Below are positions 15,183 through 24,096 of a stretch of 32,000 bases of DNA, in pieces (position 1 is the first letter of the stretch; the number at the start of each line of letters is the position of its first letter). The translations under genes were made by a program, and so were the position numbers. The stretch spans positions 5,970,001 to 6,002,000 of the forward strand of contig NZ_CP074694.1 in the NCBI RefSeq assembly GCF_018398935.1, read 5' to 3'. The notes under the pieces were generated by a model. That model made no database searches and had not been told where the DNA came from. It saw nothing but the letters and a program-made list of their open reading frames with translations. The stretch comes from Telmatocola sphagniphila. GTDB lineage: Bacteria; Planctomycetota; Planctomycetia; Gemmatales; Gemmataceae.

Positions 15183-17208
15183 GGCGTTTCTGCGATTGCA
15201 GATTCTTGTTGAGATTGCGAAGTACACCGCTCCAGCCCTTGGGGAATTGGCCCGCCTCGGCGAGGATACAGATGCCGTCGGTATACTGATCGAGCAGTTC
15301 CAGGAAGGCGGGCTGGGTGGTATCCGGTCCGAGGATCAGTACCAGCGAGTAATTTTTTCGCGCCTTTTCGAACCAACTTTGGGCTTCCGGTGTCGCCAAT
15401 CCGTCCGCGTGGATATCGGCCGGCATCTGAACGACGCTGAATTCCGTTTCCGAGGCCCAATCCTCCTTCTGTATTTCAATCGAAGGACGGCAATCCAAAA
15501 GCAGAATATTCTCTTTGCGGGCTGTCAGGACCGTAGCGAGATTTCGTACCAGATCTCGGGTAACTTGCAGGCCCGGATGGCTGGTCCAAAGCAGGCTGAC
15601 GCCGTACTCGGGCAGCCAACGACGTACCGAGGTCGCCAGCCGTCGAGTGCTATCCAGGCCCAAAGTATCAAGTTGAGTGAGTTGATCGATCCCGGAACTC
15701 AAAGTCAGAAACTGACCTTCCCGGTAGAGGAGGAGTATCTGTTCACCCAGGATTGAGCCCATGCCGATCATCATTGTGACGCCGAAGCCGATGATCAGCC
15801 AGATTTTCTTGCTGGAGGCAACGGGGTAGGGGCTACTGATGGCGGGCAGAATAACAGTGAACTCACAGGATTTCTGCTCGCGCAGCCGTTGGAAGAGGGC
15901 GACCTGCTCGGCCAGGCGATTCCGCTCGGTATCCAGCGACTCCATATCTTTCTGCAGGCTGTACGATTTGATCGAGAGGGCGCGCAGTTCCTCCTGCCTA
16001 CGGTTCATCGCGGCCAGGCCTTTATCGACTTCGAACATTTCCTTCTGCAGGCCGATCAGTTGGAGATCGAATTCCAGCTTGCGGAAAAGCGTCTGCTGAA
16101 TGATCGGCGAACCGGCACTCTTGGATTTGCCTTTGGGAACGACAATCGCATCGATGTTGGTCAGTTCCTCTTTCCACTTCTTGACGTTTTCCGTGTCGGT
16201 GAGCTTGGACGTGAGAATTTCCACGTTTTTGGCGGCTTCATCGAGTTCGACGCGAGAAACCGCGCCGGTGGCCCGCAGTTTGGCCAGCTGTTCGTATTCC
16301 CGACGTTTGACGGTCAATTCCGCGAGAAATTCCTGCCGTTTCTTCTCTTCTTCGATCAATTCGCGCAGCCGATCCTGCCGACGGCGATTGTCAGTAAGCG
16401 ATTCCTGGGCCGCTTCGAATTTCTTGTCGCTTTCCTCTTCCTCTTCGGAACGCTTTTTAAAATCCTCGATCTCGCGGACCAATCGTTCCTTCTGAGCGAT
16501 GACCGTTTGCTCGGTCCGACTGGCGTGAGTTTTCGCTTCCCGCAAAGTGGCCATTTCGCGCTGGATCAGTTCCATTTCCGACTTGGAATCTCCCAGGTTA
16601 TTGCTTTTCAAAAACGCGTCGAAGGCTTCGCTCGCCTTACGGTACTTGTCGGCGCCTTCTTTCAAGCGGATTTCATAATCCTCCAGATACCGTCCCAGCC
16701 GTTCCATGCGCTGCTTCTGCAGCAGGTCGATGAAGTGCTGCATCAGACGATCGGTCATTTTCACGGCCACGTCCGACTCGGCCCATTGGAAGCTGATCGA
16801 AACGGTTTGAGTGGATTTCGGCGCGACGACTTTGAACAATTTGTCCAAAAGCGAAGTCGGTACGGTGAGCTGGAATTCTTCGATCAGGCTGGTAAGTACC
16901 GGCGTGGACTTGATGAGAGACACCTGCGTCTGCATGTCGGGGGGCGTGTAAAGACCCTTCTGGTTTTCGGGCACGGGCAACGGTGTATAGAGCAGGGTGC
17001 CGGAGGCTTCCCAGGTTTTTTTTCCGAGCAGAGCGCCCATGGCCAGGGCCATGCAGATGCCGATTCCGAAGGTGAGCAAAACCGATTTTATGCGCGTACG
17101 GACTGCCCGGATCACCAGATCAATGATCATACGGGGAGATATTAACGGCTTCTTTTTCGGGGTGGTTTCGGCCACTCCGGAAACTTCCACGGGCTCATGC
17201 TCTTTCAT
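15037..17208 (-). CDS. Polysaccharide co-polymerase (Wzz/GumC/Wzc-like chain-length determinant) with a degenerate C-terminal kinase-like domain
   Basis: The architecture is TM1 (VLLTFGIGICMALAMGALLG), a Wzz-like segment, a long E/K/R-rich coiled coil, TM2 (IWLIIGFGVTMMIGMGSILG), and a 229-aa cytoplasmic domain. The track start at 17220 is TTG. The ATG at 17208-17206 overlaps the upstream GT4 stop TGA (17207-17205) as ATGA, so I prefer that start. The 3' end overlaps the convergent kinase gene by 146 nt. Confidence 0.8.
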   Translation of the reverse strand: MKEHEPVEVSGVAETTPKKKPLISPRMIIDLVIRAVRTRIKSVLLTFGIGICMALAMGALLGKKTWEASGTLLYTPLPVPENQKGLYTPPDMQTQVSLIKSTPVLTSLIEEFQLTVPTSLLDKLFKVVAPKSTQTVSISFQWAESDVAVKMTDRLMQHFIDLLQKQRMERLGRYLEDYEIRLKEGADKYRKASEAFDAFLKSNNLGDSKSEMELIQREMATLREAKTHASRTEQTVIAQKERLVREIEDFKKRSEEEEESDKKFEAAQESLTDNRRRQDRLRELIEEEKKRQEFLAELTVKRREYEQLAKLRATGAVSRVELDEAAKNVEILTSKLTDTENVKKWKEELTNIDAIVVPKGKSKSAGSPIIQQTLFRKLEFDLQLIGLQKEMFEVDKGLAAMNRRQEELRALSIKSYSLQKDMESLDTERNRLAEQVALFQRLREQKSCEFTVILPAISSPYPVASSKKIWLIIGFGVTMMIGMGSILGEQILLLYREGQFLTLSSGIDQLTQLDTLGLDSTRRLATSVRRWLPEYGVSLLWTSHPGLQVTRDLVRNLATVLTARKENILLLDCRPSIEIQKEDWASETEFSVVQMPADIHADGLATPEAQSWFEKARKNYSLVLILGPDTTQPAFLELLDQYTDGICILAEAGQFPKGWSGVLRNLNKNLQSQKRLIVLAPAKPAGTPSPAPQSDLRADRIPFLRDWRLRLTRRFQKRPASRT

Positions 17209-18449
17209 GTCACACACCAAAGTTTCGCTTCGAGCAAATCAACGGCCGGAGGGGGTTCCGACCGAATCGCCTCGGCCGTGAGGGTCGATTCGAGGATCTT
17301 CGCCACCCGGGAAGCAGTCGCTTCCCAAGTGTATTCCTCCACGAGCCTTCTTCGCGCGTTCTGCCGAATAATAGTGCGCATTGCGGGATGGTCGAATAAT
17401 TCGTACAAACCCGCTTTCCAATCGGGCAGATTATTGGTCGAAACCAGCCGCCCGGCGTCGCCGTGATCCAGGATCAGAGGGATATCCCCCTGATCGGACG
17501 CCAGACAAACCGCCCCGGCGGCCATCGACTCCAGAATTTTTAACGGGCAGAAGTAAAAGTGTTTCAGCTGCCGGGCGTGCGGCGCTACCATCACATCCAT
17601 CAGGCTCAGGTATTTGGCGGCCTCCTCGGGAGCCTGGCGACCAGTGAAGATCACCCGGGGGTTCTTCTGGGCCGCCTGCTTGAGCCGGGGCAGTTCGGGA
17701 CCGCTGCCAATGAGTAGCCAGCTCAGATCTTCACGCTCGGTGGTGGCCTCGATCAGGTCCGCCAGCAAAGCGACACCGTGAAATCTTTGAAAAGTCCCTA
17801 GAAAACCGGCAACATTCGGAGTGGTAATCCCCAGTTTCTGTCTCTGTTCCCGGATTTGTTCATCGCTGGGAATTGCAAAATGGCTCAACTCGACACCATT
17901 GGATACGGCGTGCACCGGAACTTTTGTTCCGTAGTTGTCCAGAATGGTTTTGGCCGGGTGGCTGATAGTGATGGCGGCCCGGCTCTGTTTCAGGCCCCAT
18001 TTTTCAATCGCTTCCAATAGTCCGGGGGGATGCCAGCGGTCCGAGCTGAAGCCGCGGCATTCGTAGGCCGCCGGGGCATCGACGTAGGTAACCAGGGGCA
18101 CGCCGAGTTTCCGGGCGGCCCAGTGCATGGAGAATCGGTAGGGGTCGCTGCGGCAGAGAATCACATCGGGCCGGGCCGCTTGGACCGCCGCGAGATCTTT
18201 TTTTAACGAAGAAAAATTTGTTGCAATTCCTCGACCGAACCAGAGGCGAGTTTTGAGGCGAGAGAGGAAATTTTTGCGCTTACCCGCATTATTCGAGCTA
18301 AGTTCCCCTATCGAAGTGTTCCACGGTCCGTCCGATCCGTGAACTATAACTTCATGTCCGAGGGTGCGGAGGCGTTCGCTGATCGCCTGAACCATCTTGG
18401 CGGCCGGGTGGTGAGCTTCGGTCAGGTAGTGGCTGTATAAGACACGCAT
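17205..18449 (-). CDS. Glycosyltransferase family 4 (GT-B fold)
   Basis: From the ATG at 18449 the protein begins MRVLYSHY..., a typical GT4 N-terminus preceded by the purine-rich AAGAGAG. A longer alternative starts at ATG 18485. The C-terminal half has the GT4 pattern FYFCPLKILESMAAGAVCLASDQGDIPLIL. Confidence 0.85.
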   Translation of the reverse strand: MRVLYSHYLTEAHHPAAKMVQAISERLRTLGHEVIVHGSDGPWNTSIGELSSNNAGKRKNFLSRLKTRLWFGRGIATNFSSLKKDLAAVQAARPDVILCRSDPYRFSMHWAARKLGVPLVTYVDAPAAYECRGFSSDRWHPPGLLEAIEKWGLKQSRAAITISHPAKTILDNYGTKVPVHAVSNGVELSHFAIPSDEQIREQRQKLGITTPNVAGFLGTFQRFHGVALLADLIEATTEREDLSWLLIGSGPELPRLKQAAQKNPRVIFTGRQAPEEAAKYLSLMDVMVAPHARQLKHFYFCPLKILESMAAGAVCLASDQGDIPLILDHGDAGRLVSTNNLPDWKAGLYELFDHPAMRTIIRQNARRRLVEEYTWEATASRVAKILESTLTAEAIRSEPPPAVDLLEAKLWCVT

Positions 18450-18548
18450 TTTGCACTCTCTTACGGGGTTTTTTAATTCGGGCATTGAATATGCAATGAT
18501 AATGCCGAATCGAAAATCCCGAACTTTGTAACTCTACCGCAGGTCGTT
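18450..18548. promoter_or_regulatory. Short divergent promoter region of the two glycan operons
   Basis: A gap of about 100 bp (64 bp if the 18485 start is used) between divergently oriented GT4 genes. The function is inferred from position only. Confidence 0.35.
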
Positions 18549-19778
18549 ATGATTGAGATCCCAACCCAAATCGAACGTCAATTAAAGATAGCATTTATTC
18601 TTCCCGGATTGGGAAGAGTTCATCGCGGAGCCGAAACGGCTTTCCTGGAATTAGCGAAAAGTCTCAATAAATTCGATGATTTGGACGTGCAATTATTTGG
18701 CGGCGGCAGTGATGTTCCCGCCGATTTGAAGATCCATACTATCCCGCTGGTGAATCGCGAGAAGTTCGAACGCTATCCCCGCTTTCCGATTTTTCGCAGC
18801 GAGAACGAGTATGAGGAATTCTCTTTCATTTCGAGTCTCATTTTGAGAAAACGCAAAGAGATCCAATCTTTCGACGCGGCCATCCACTGTTCTTTTCCTT
18901 TTACCAACTGGTTTTTGCGAGCACTCGAGAAACGGGGAGGTCCCCGCTCAATTTTCATTACGCAAAATGGCGATTGGACCTGCCGGGCTGAGAGTCGGGA
19001 ATATCGCACCTTCCATTGCTCCGGTTTGGTTTGCACCAAGCCGGAATTTTACGACCGGCATAAAGATCGCTACCGGACGGAGCTGATCCCCAACGGCGTC
19101 GATCCCACGATCTTCATCCCCCGCAAAGAAGATCCTTCTTTTATCAAAGATCCGCGAATTCCCGGCGGAATGCATACGGTTTTGATGGTCAGCGCCTTCA
19201 TTCCTTCGAAGCGCGTACTCGATGGCATTCGCTCGGTCGCAGCGATCCCCAATGCATTTCTCGTGCTGGCCGGCGATGGCCCGCAGCGGGTGGAAGTGGC
19301 CAACCTCCTCAAGGAAGTTTTGCCGGGCCGTCATTTGATGCTGGGATCCGTACGCAAGGACGACATGCCGAAATGGTATCGCCAGGCCGACATTTTCCTG
19401 CACATGAGCCAGGATGAATCGTTCGGAATCGTCTATCTCGAAGCGGCGTCGAGCGGTTTGGCACAAGTCGTGCATCGTACGGAAAGCACCGAGTGGATTC
19501 TCGGGGATTCATCAATCTTTACCGATACTTCCAAAATCGAATCCGTCGCGGAGGGACTCCGCCAGTTGCTCGATCCCGAGACCCGTTCCCAAATGGGAAC
19601 TCGGGCCCGGCAGCGAGTGCTCCAGGATTGGACCTGGGATATCCAAGCGGCTAAATATCGAAAATTTCTCTTCGAAACGGTACGAAAGGCGGACAAGTGG
19701 CATGCTCTCAGTCATAGTCGTCAACTTCAACACTCGCGAGTACCTTCGCAAATGTCTGACTTCGCTACGTGCTCATGA
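18549..19778 (+). CDS. Glycosyltransferase family 4 (GT-B fold)
   Basis: A 409-aa ORF with an ATG start. The N-terminus is KIAFILPGLGRVHRGAE, and the E-x7-E-type region is FLHMSQDESFGIVYLEAASSGL. The last ~25 codons overlap the next gene out of frame. Confidence 0.85.
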   Translation: MIEIPTQIERQLKIAFILPGLGRVHRGAETAFLELAKSLNKFDDLDVQLFGGGSDVPADLKIHTIPLVNREKFERYPRFPIFRSENEYEEFSFISSLILRKRKEIQSFDAAIHCSFPFTNWFLRALEKRGGPRSIFITQNGDWTCRAESREYRTFHCSGLVCTKPEFYDRHKDRYRTELIPNGVDPTIFIPRKEDPSFIKDPRIPGGMHTVLMVSAFIPSKRVLDGIRSVAAIPNAFLVLAGDGPQRVEVANLLKEVLPGRHLMLGSVRKDDMPKWYRQADIFLHMSQDESFGIVYLEAASSGLAQVVHRTESTEWILGDSSIFTDTSKIESVAEGLRQLLDPETRSQMGTRARQRVLQDWTWDIQAAKYRKFLFETVRKADKWHALSHSRQLQHSRVPSQMSDFATCS

Positions 19779-20601
19779 GCCGGGCGCTCAGCTGATCGTG
19801 GTCGACAACGCCAGTCGGGATGGTTCGGCGGAAATGGTGGCTCAGGATTTTCCTGATGTTGCTCTCTTCGCGGAAAAGAAAAACCTAGGCTTTGCTGCGG
19901 GCAACAATGTCGGCTTGAAAGCGGCCACAGGCGACTACGTGGTCCTGTTCAATTCCGATGCGGAACTTCGCGACGCCGCTCTGACCCAATGTGTCGCGGC
20001 CATGGAAGCCGACCCCAGTATCGGCGCGGTGCACCCGGCTCTCGAAGGGCCGGATGGTCTGCCGCAGATTGCCGAACATAATTTTCCCAGCCTGGGATCG
20101 ATGTTTCGCGATGCCCTGCGACTGAAGAACAAGCGACCGGGCAGTCTGGAAAATCGCTGGCTGGCCGGCACCGCTCTGGTAATTCGCAAGAAAGCGCTGG
20201 ATTCGATCGGCGGGAAGCTGGACGACAGCTACTTCATGTACTGGGAAGATGCCGATCTCTCCGCCAAGTTGAAAAAAGCCGGCTGGAAACTGGAATTAGT
20301 TCCCGGCGCCACCGTGAAACATCACGGCGGAGCCAGTGGCGGCGGAGCCGATACCGCTCGAAGGGCCGATCTGCACGCCTGGTTTTGCTATGGAAAACAT
20401 CGCTGGTTTCGGTCCAACCGGCCCCGCTGGGAAGCGGCCGCGGTTTGGATGATGGACCTGGTGGATGTTCCCCGCAAGACTCTTCGGGGATTAGCCAAAC
20501 ATTCGGCCCGATACTCCGAATGGGCTCAGGCTAAAGTTACTGCTCAAGTTCTGTTCGGCTCGCTCACCGGAGCAAAACCACCGCTTCCTCGGGGAGCATA
20601 A
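19702..20601 (+). CDS. Glycosyltransferase family 2 (GT-A fold)
   Basis: From the ATG at 19702 the protein reads MLSVIVVNFNTREYLRKCLTSL, then VVDNASRDGS, NLGFAAGNN, LFNSDAEL and YWEDADLS, a classic GT2 pattern. The upstream part of track ORF 19414-20601 lies in another frame of the GT4 gene and is not credible as coding sequence. Confidence 0.85.
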   Translation: MLSVIVVNFNTREYLRKCLTSLRAHEPGAQLIVVDNASRDGSAEMVAQDFPDVALFAEKKNLGFAAGNNVGLKAATGDYVVLFNSDAELRDAALTQCVAAMEADPSIGAVHPALEGPDGLPQIAEHNFPSLGSMFRDALRLKNKRPGSLENRWLAGTALVIRKKALDSIGGKLDDSYFMYWEDADLSAKLKKAGWKLELVPGATVKHHGGASGGGADTARRADLHAWFCYGKHRWFRSNRPRWEAAAVWMMDLVDVPRKTLRGLAKHSARYSEWAQAKVTAQVLFGSLTGAKPPLPRGA

Positions 20602-20611
20602 GGAATACTCA

Positions 20612-21907
20612 ATGACGACTACCCTCGCACGACGGAGTCCCAGAACGCGAACTCCGGGAACTTTTCAGGATCAGCTTCAGCTGAGCACGAAGCCCCGCAT
20701 CGCCTATCTGGTCAATCAGTACCCGATGGTCAGCCATACTTTCATTCGACGCGAAATCGCCGAGTTGGAAAAGCGCGGCTATCAGATCGAGCGTGTCTCG
20801 CTTCGTTCCACCCTCGGTTCCATCGTCGATCCTGCCGATAAACTGGAAGCCGAGAAGACTTACAGCTGTCTCGCCGAATCTAAACTCAAACTGCTCGGTA
20901 GTGTGTTGACTTCCTGTGCGCTACACCCCTTGCGGACCCGACGTGCCCTGTGGGAAGCGGTTCGCTACGCCCGCAAGAACCCCAAAAATCTCGGTAAACA
21001 TCTCGCCTATCTGGTAGAGGCCGTGCGACTGGTCGACGTTCTGAAAAGCAAAAAAATCGATCACGTTCACGTGCACTTCGGTACCAACGCCGCCACAGTT
21101 GCGGTGCTGATGAAACGGCTGGCGGATGTGAAATTCAGCATGACCGTGCACGGCTCCGCCGAGCTCGATTCGCCGCTGACGATCAATCTCCCGGCCAAGG
21201 TGGCGGAAGCTGAATTCACCGCTGCCATCAGCCACTACACCAAGGCGCAGCTGATGCGCTTCTGCGATCCGGTGTACTGGAAAAAGATTCACATCGTGCC
21301 TTGCACGGTCGATCAGTCTTTCCTCGCCGATCCGCAGCCGATTCCCGAGGGTTCCCGAAATCTCGTCTGCGTCGGCCGCCTGAGCCCCGAAAAAGGTCAG
21401 TTGTTGTTGCTCGAGGCTTTTGCAGAAGCCATTGGTGATGGCACACCCGGGAAACTGGTTCTGGTCGGCGACGGCCCGGTACGGTCGGAATTGGAAAAAA
21501 GAATTGTCGCTCTCGACCTGCAAAATCGGGTGGTTCTGGCCGGTTGGCAAAACGAATCTCAAATTCGCCAGCACGTCCGGGCTTCTCGCGCACTAGTATT
21601 GCCTAGCTTCTACGAAGGATTGCCGGTGGTACTGATGGAAGCGATGGCGATGGCCCGCCCCGTGCTGGCCACTCCGGTGGGGGGCATACCCGAACTGGTT
21701 AAGGACGGGGAAAATGGCTGGCTCATCCCGGCCGGAGATGCTCATGAATGGGCCAAAGGAATTCGCAATCTTCTGAAGCTCGAGGCCGACGAGTGCGACC
21801 GATTGGGCAAAAATGGACGACTGGCGGTGCAGGCCAAGCATGCCCCGGAAGTCGCGGGCGACCGAATCGAGAAGCTATTCGAACAACTTTTAAGTGAACG
21901 GGCTTAG
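20612..21907 (+). CDS. Glycosyltransferase family 4, WcaL-like
   Basis: A 431-aa ORF with an ATG start 10 nt after the previous stop and an AGGAA upstream. IAYLVNQYPMVSHTFIRREIAELEKRG is the typical N-terminus of this subfamily. The C-terminal region is VLPSFYEGLPVVLMEAMAMARPVLATPVGGIPELV. Confidence 0.85.
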   Translation: MTTTLARRSPRTRTPGTFQDQLQLSTKPRIAYLVNQYPMVSHTFIRREIAELEKRGYQIERVSLRSTLGSIVDPADKLEAEKTYSCLAESKLKLLGSVLTSCALHPLRTRRALWEAVRYARKNPKNLGKHLAYLVEAVRLVDVLKSKKIDHVHVHFGTNAATVAVLMKRLADVKFSMTVHGSAELDSPLTINLPAKVAEAEFTAAISHYTKAQLMRFCDPVYWKKIHIVPCTVDQSFLADPQPIPEGSRNLVCVGRLSPEKGQLLLLEAFAEAIGDGTPGKLVLVGDGPVRSELEKRIVALDLQNRVVLAGWQNESQIRQHVRASRALVLPSFYEGLPVVLMEAMAMARPVLATPVGGIPELVKDGENGWLIPAGDAHEWAKGIRNLLKLEADECDRLGKNGRLAVQAKHAPEVAGDRIEKLFEQLLSERA

Positions 21908-21909
21908 AC

Positions 21910-23823
21910 ATGTGTGGAATTGCCGGAGCCTACGGAAAACTGAACGACAGGATTGTCGACGCGGTTCGAGTTGCTGATGCCACGCAGAAGCATCGCGGCC
22001 CCGACGATAACGGCTTTTGGCTGGATCAGTCGGCCGGGGTTGCGCTCGCGCATCGCCGGTTGTCGATTCTGGACCTCAGCCCGCTCGGTCATCAACCGAT
22101 GATTCACCAGGCTTCCGGTACCGTTCTCATCTTCAATGGCGAAATTTATAACTACTGCGATCTGCGCGACGAGTTGCTTAGTGCGGGCCATACGTTTATC
22201 TCCCATTCCGACACGGAAGTTATCCTCAAAGCGTATGTTCAGTGGGGGCCCGATTGCATCAAACGGCTGGAGGGAATGTTCGCCCTCGCCGTCTGGAATC
22301 CGCAGCGACGGGAATTGCTGCTGGCGCGCGATCCTCTGGGTCAGAAACCGTTTTACTACACCTTCCTGCCTGATGGCGACGGCGGACAGGCGCTGCTGTT
22401 CTCCTCCGAATTGCGATCATTGCTCGCTTCGGGACTGGTCGAGCGCAAGCTGTCGCCAAGTGCCGTTTCCAACTACGTCTGGAATGGATTCGTTCCCGGC
22501 CCGGAAACAATCGTTAAGGGAGTCGTGCAACTGCCACCCGGGCATTTGATGATCTTCAAGGAAGGACAGAAAGAGCTTCCGAGTCCCCAGATGTATTGGA
22601 CTCTGCCCCCGGCTGAAGAGGGAAAGATCGACCCGGTCGATGTCGAGCATCTTCTGAAAAAGGTTCTGAAAGAGCATCTGGCCACCGATGTACCGTTAGG
22701 TGTCTTCCTTTCGGGAGGAATCGACTCGTCCGCCATCGCCAAGATGGCTGTGGATGTGAGTTCTTCCCCGGTGATGACCTTTACCATCGGTTTTCACGAC
22801 TCCAATCTGGATGAGACGGAGGCCGCGTCGAGAATTGCCGCGGCCCTGAATACCGATCACACCAATATTCAACTGCAAGGCAACGAGTTTTTGAGACTAC
22901 TGCCCTCGGCCATGGAATCGCTCGATCAGCCGACGTTCGATGGTTTGAATTCTTATATCGTCAGTCGGGCTGTGCGTAAGGCCGGCCTGACCGTGGCTCT
23001 CGCTGGCACGGGCGGTGATGAACTGTTCGGCGGGTACCGCAGTTTTCGCGATATTCCCATGGCGAATCGCTGGGGCCGACGGCTCCGCTCGGTTCCCAAG
23101 CCGGTACGTAATTTCGTCGGGGCCCTTGCCAGTGGGCGCAGCCAGGAGATCCGGCCACAGACGCGCTGGGGGAAAGTGCAAAGCGTTATTGAGACCGGCG
23201 GCAATCTGCTATCGGTCTATCAGCTGGCCTATGGACTGTTCACGCCGGAGTTTGCGAATACTCTGCTGGGCAAGCGGCCGAATACCTCGAGTTTCCAGGG
23301 GTTGCCGAAAGATCGGTTTATCGATCTTTTGAAACAGGTTCAAAAAGAGTCTTCTCTGACGGCCGTGTCGCGGCTGGAGTTCTCGCTGTTTCTGGGTGAC
23401 CGCTTATTGCGGGATACCGATGCCGCGAGCATGGCCAGTTCGCTGGAAGTGCGGTTGCCGCTGCTGGATCGGCGGGTCGTGGAAGCGGTGGGCAAGCTGT
23501 CTCCGGAAGATCGTTATTTCCCCTTGGGGCAAAAGGCGTTTCTACGCGAACGGATTTTGCGCGGGCTCGATCCCGCCTTGTTCGATTCGCCCAAGAAAGG
23601 TTTTGTGTTGCCCTTTGAAACCTGGTGTCGAGGACCTTTGAAGCCGTCCCTGGATGCCAGCTTCAACGAGGTGGATACTATCCGTTCCATTGGGCTCGAT
23701 CCGGTACCGGTACAAAAGCTCTGGAAGGCTTTCCTCGATAATCAGCCGGGGCTCTACTGGTCGCGCATCTGGTCGTTGCACACGATTATCGACTGGTGCA
23801 AGCGACATCAAGTGACACTGTGA
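21910..23823 (+). CDS. asnB: Asparagine synthase (glutamine-hydrolysing) family amidotransferase, polysaccharide-locus type
   Basis: 637 aa. MCGIAGAYG supplies the Ntn Cys2 nucleophile, followed by HRGPDD and HRRLSILD. The PP-loop is LSGGIDSSAIA. The start is 2 nt after the stop of the preceding GT4 gene. The symbol denotes the protein family only; a role as the housekeeping enzyme is doubtful given the genomic context. Confidence 0.9.
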   Translation: MCGIAGAYGKLNDRIVDAVRVADATQKHRGPDDNGFWLDQSAGVALAHRRLSILDLSPLGHQPMIHQASGTVLIFNGEIYNYCDLRDELLSAGHTFISHSDTEVILKAYVQWGPDCIKRLEGMFALAVWNPQRRELLLARDPLGQKPFYYTFLPDGDGGQALLFSSELRSLLASGLVERKLSPSAVSNYVWNGFVPGPETIVKGVVQLPPGHLMIFKEGQKELPSPQMYWTLPPAEEGKIDPVDVEHLLKKVLKEHLATDVPLGVFLSGGIDSSAIAKMAVDVSSSPVMTFTIGFHDSNLDETEAASRIAAALNTDHTNIQLQGNEFLRLLPSAMESLDQPTFDGLNSYIVSRAVRKAGLTVALAGTGGDELFGGYRSFRDIPMANRWGRRLRSVPKPVRNFVGALASGRSQEIRPQTRWGKVQSVIETGGNLLSVYQLAYGLFTPEFANTLLGKRPNTSSFQGLPKDRFIDLLKQVQKESSLTAVSRLEFSLFLGDRLLRDTDAASMASSLEVRLPLLDRRVVEAVGKLSPEDRYFPLGQKAFLRERILRGLDPALFDSPKKGFVLPFETWCRGPLKPSLDASFNEVDTIRSIGLDPVPVQKLWKAFLDNQPGLYWSRIWSLHTIIDWCKRHQVTL

Positions 23824-24096
23824 GCGGCAGCGAACTCTGAATTTTTGAAGATCCGTTTCAATTCATTTCCTGGGTAGAGCTCGGGAAATCTTCTCTTCGT
23901 TAATCCCTTCCCACATCGCGAAAAGGGCGTCTATTTTCTTTCAGATCTCCTCTTTTCAATCTCAAACAATTTCGATTTCGAGTGAGTGATGAAAGGTCGC
24001 GTCGCGTGGGGAATTTTTGTATACTTCCGAGCGGTAATCTGTTAATTTTTAATCGCGAAAAGGCTTTGTTGGTCACAGCTCTCGCGGATATTCGCC

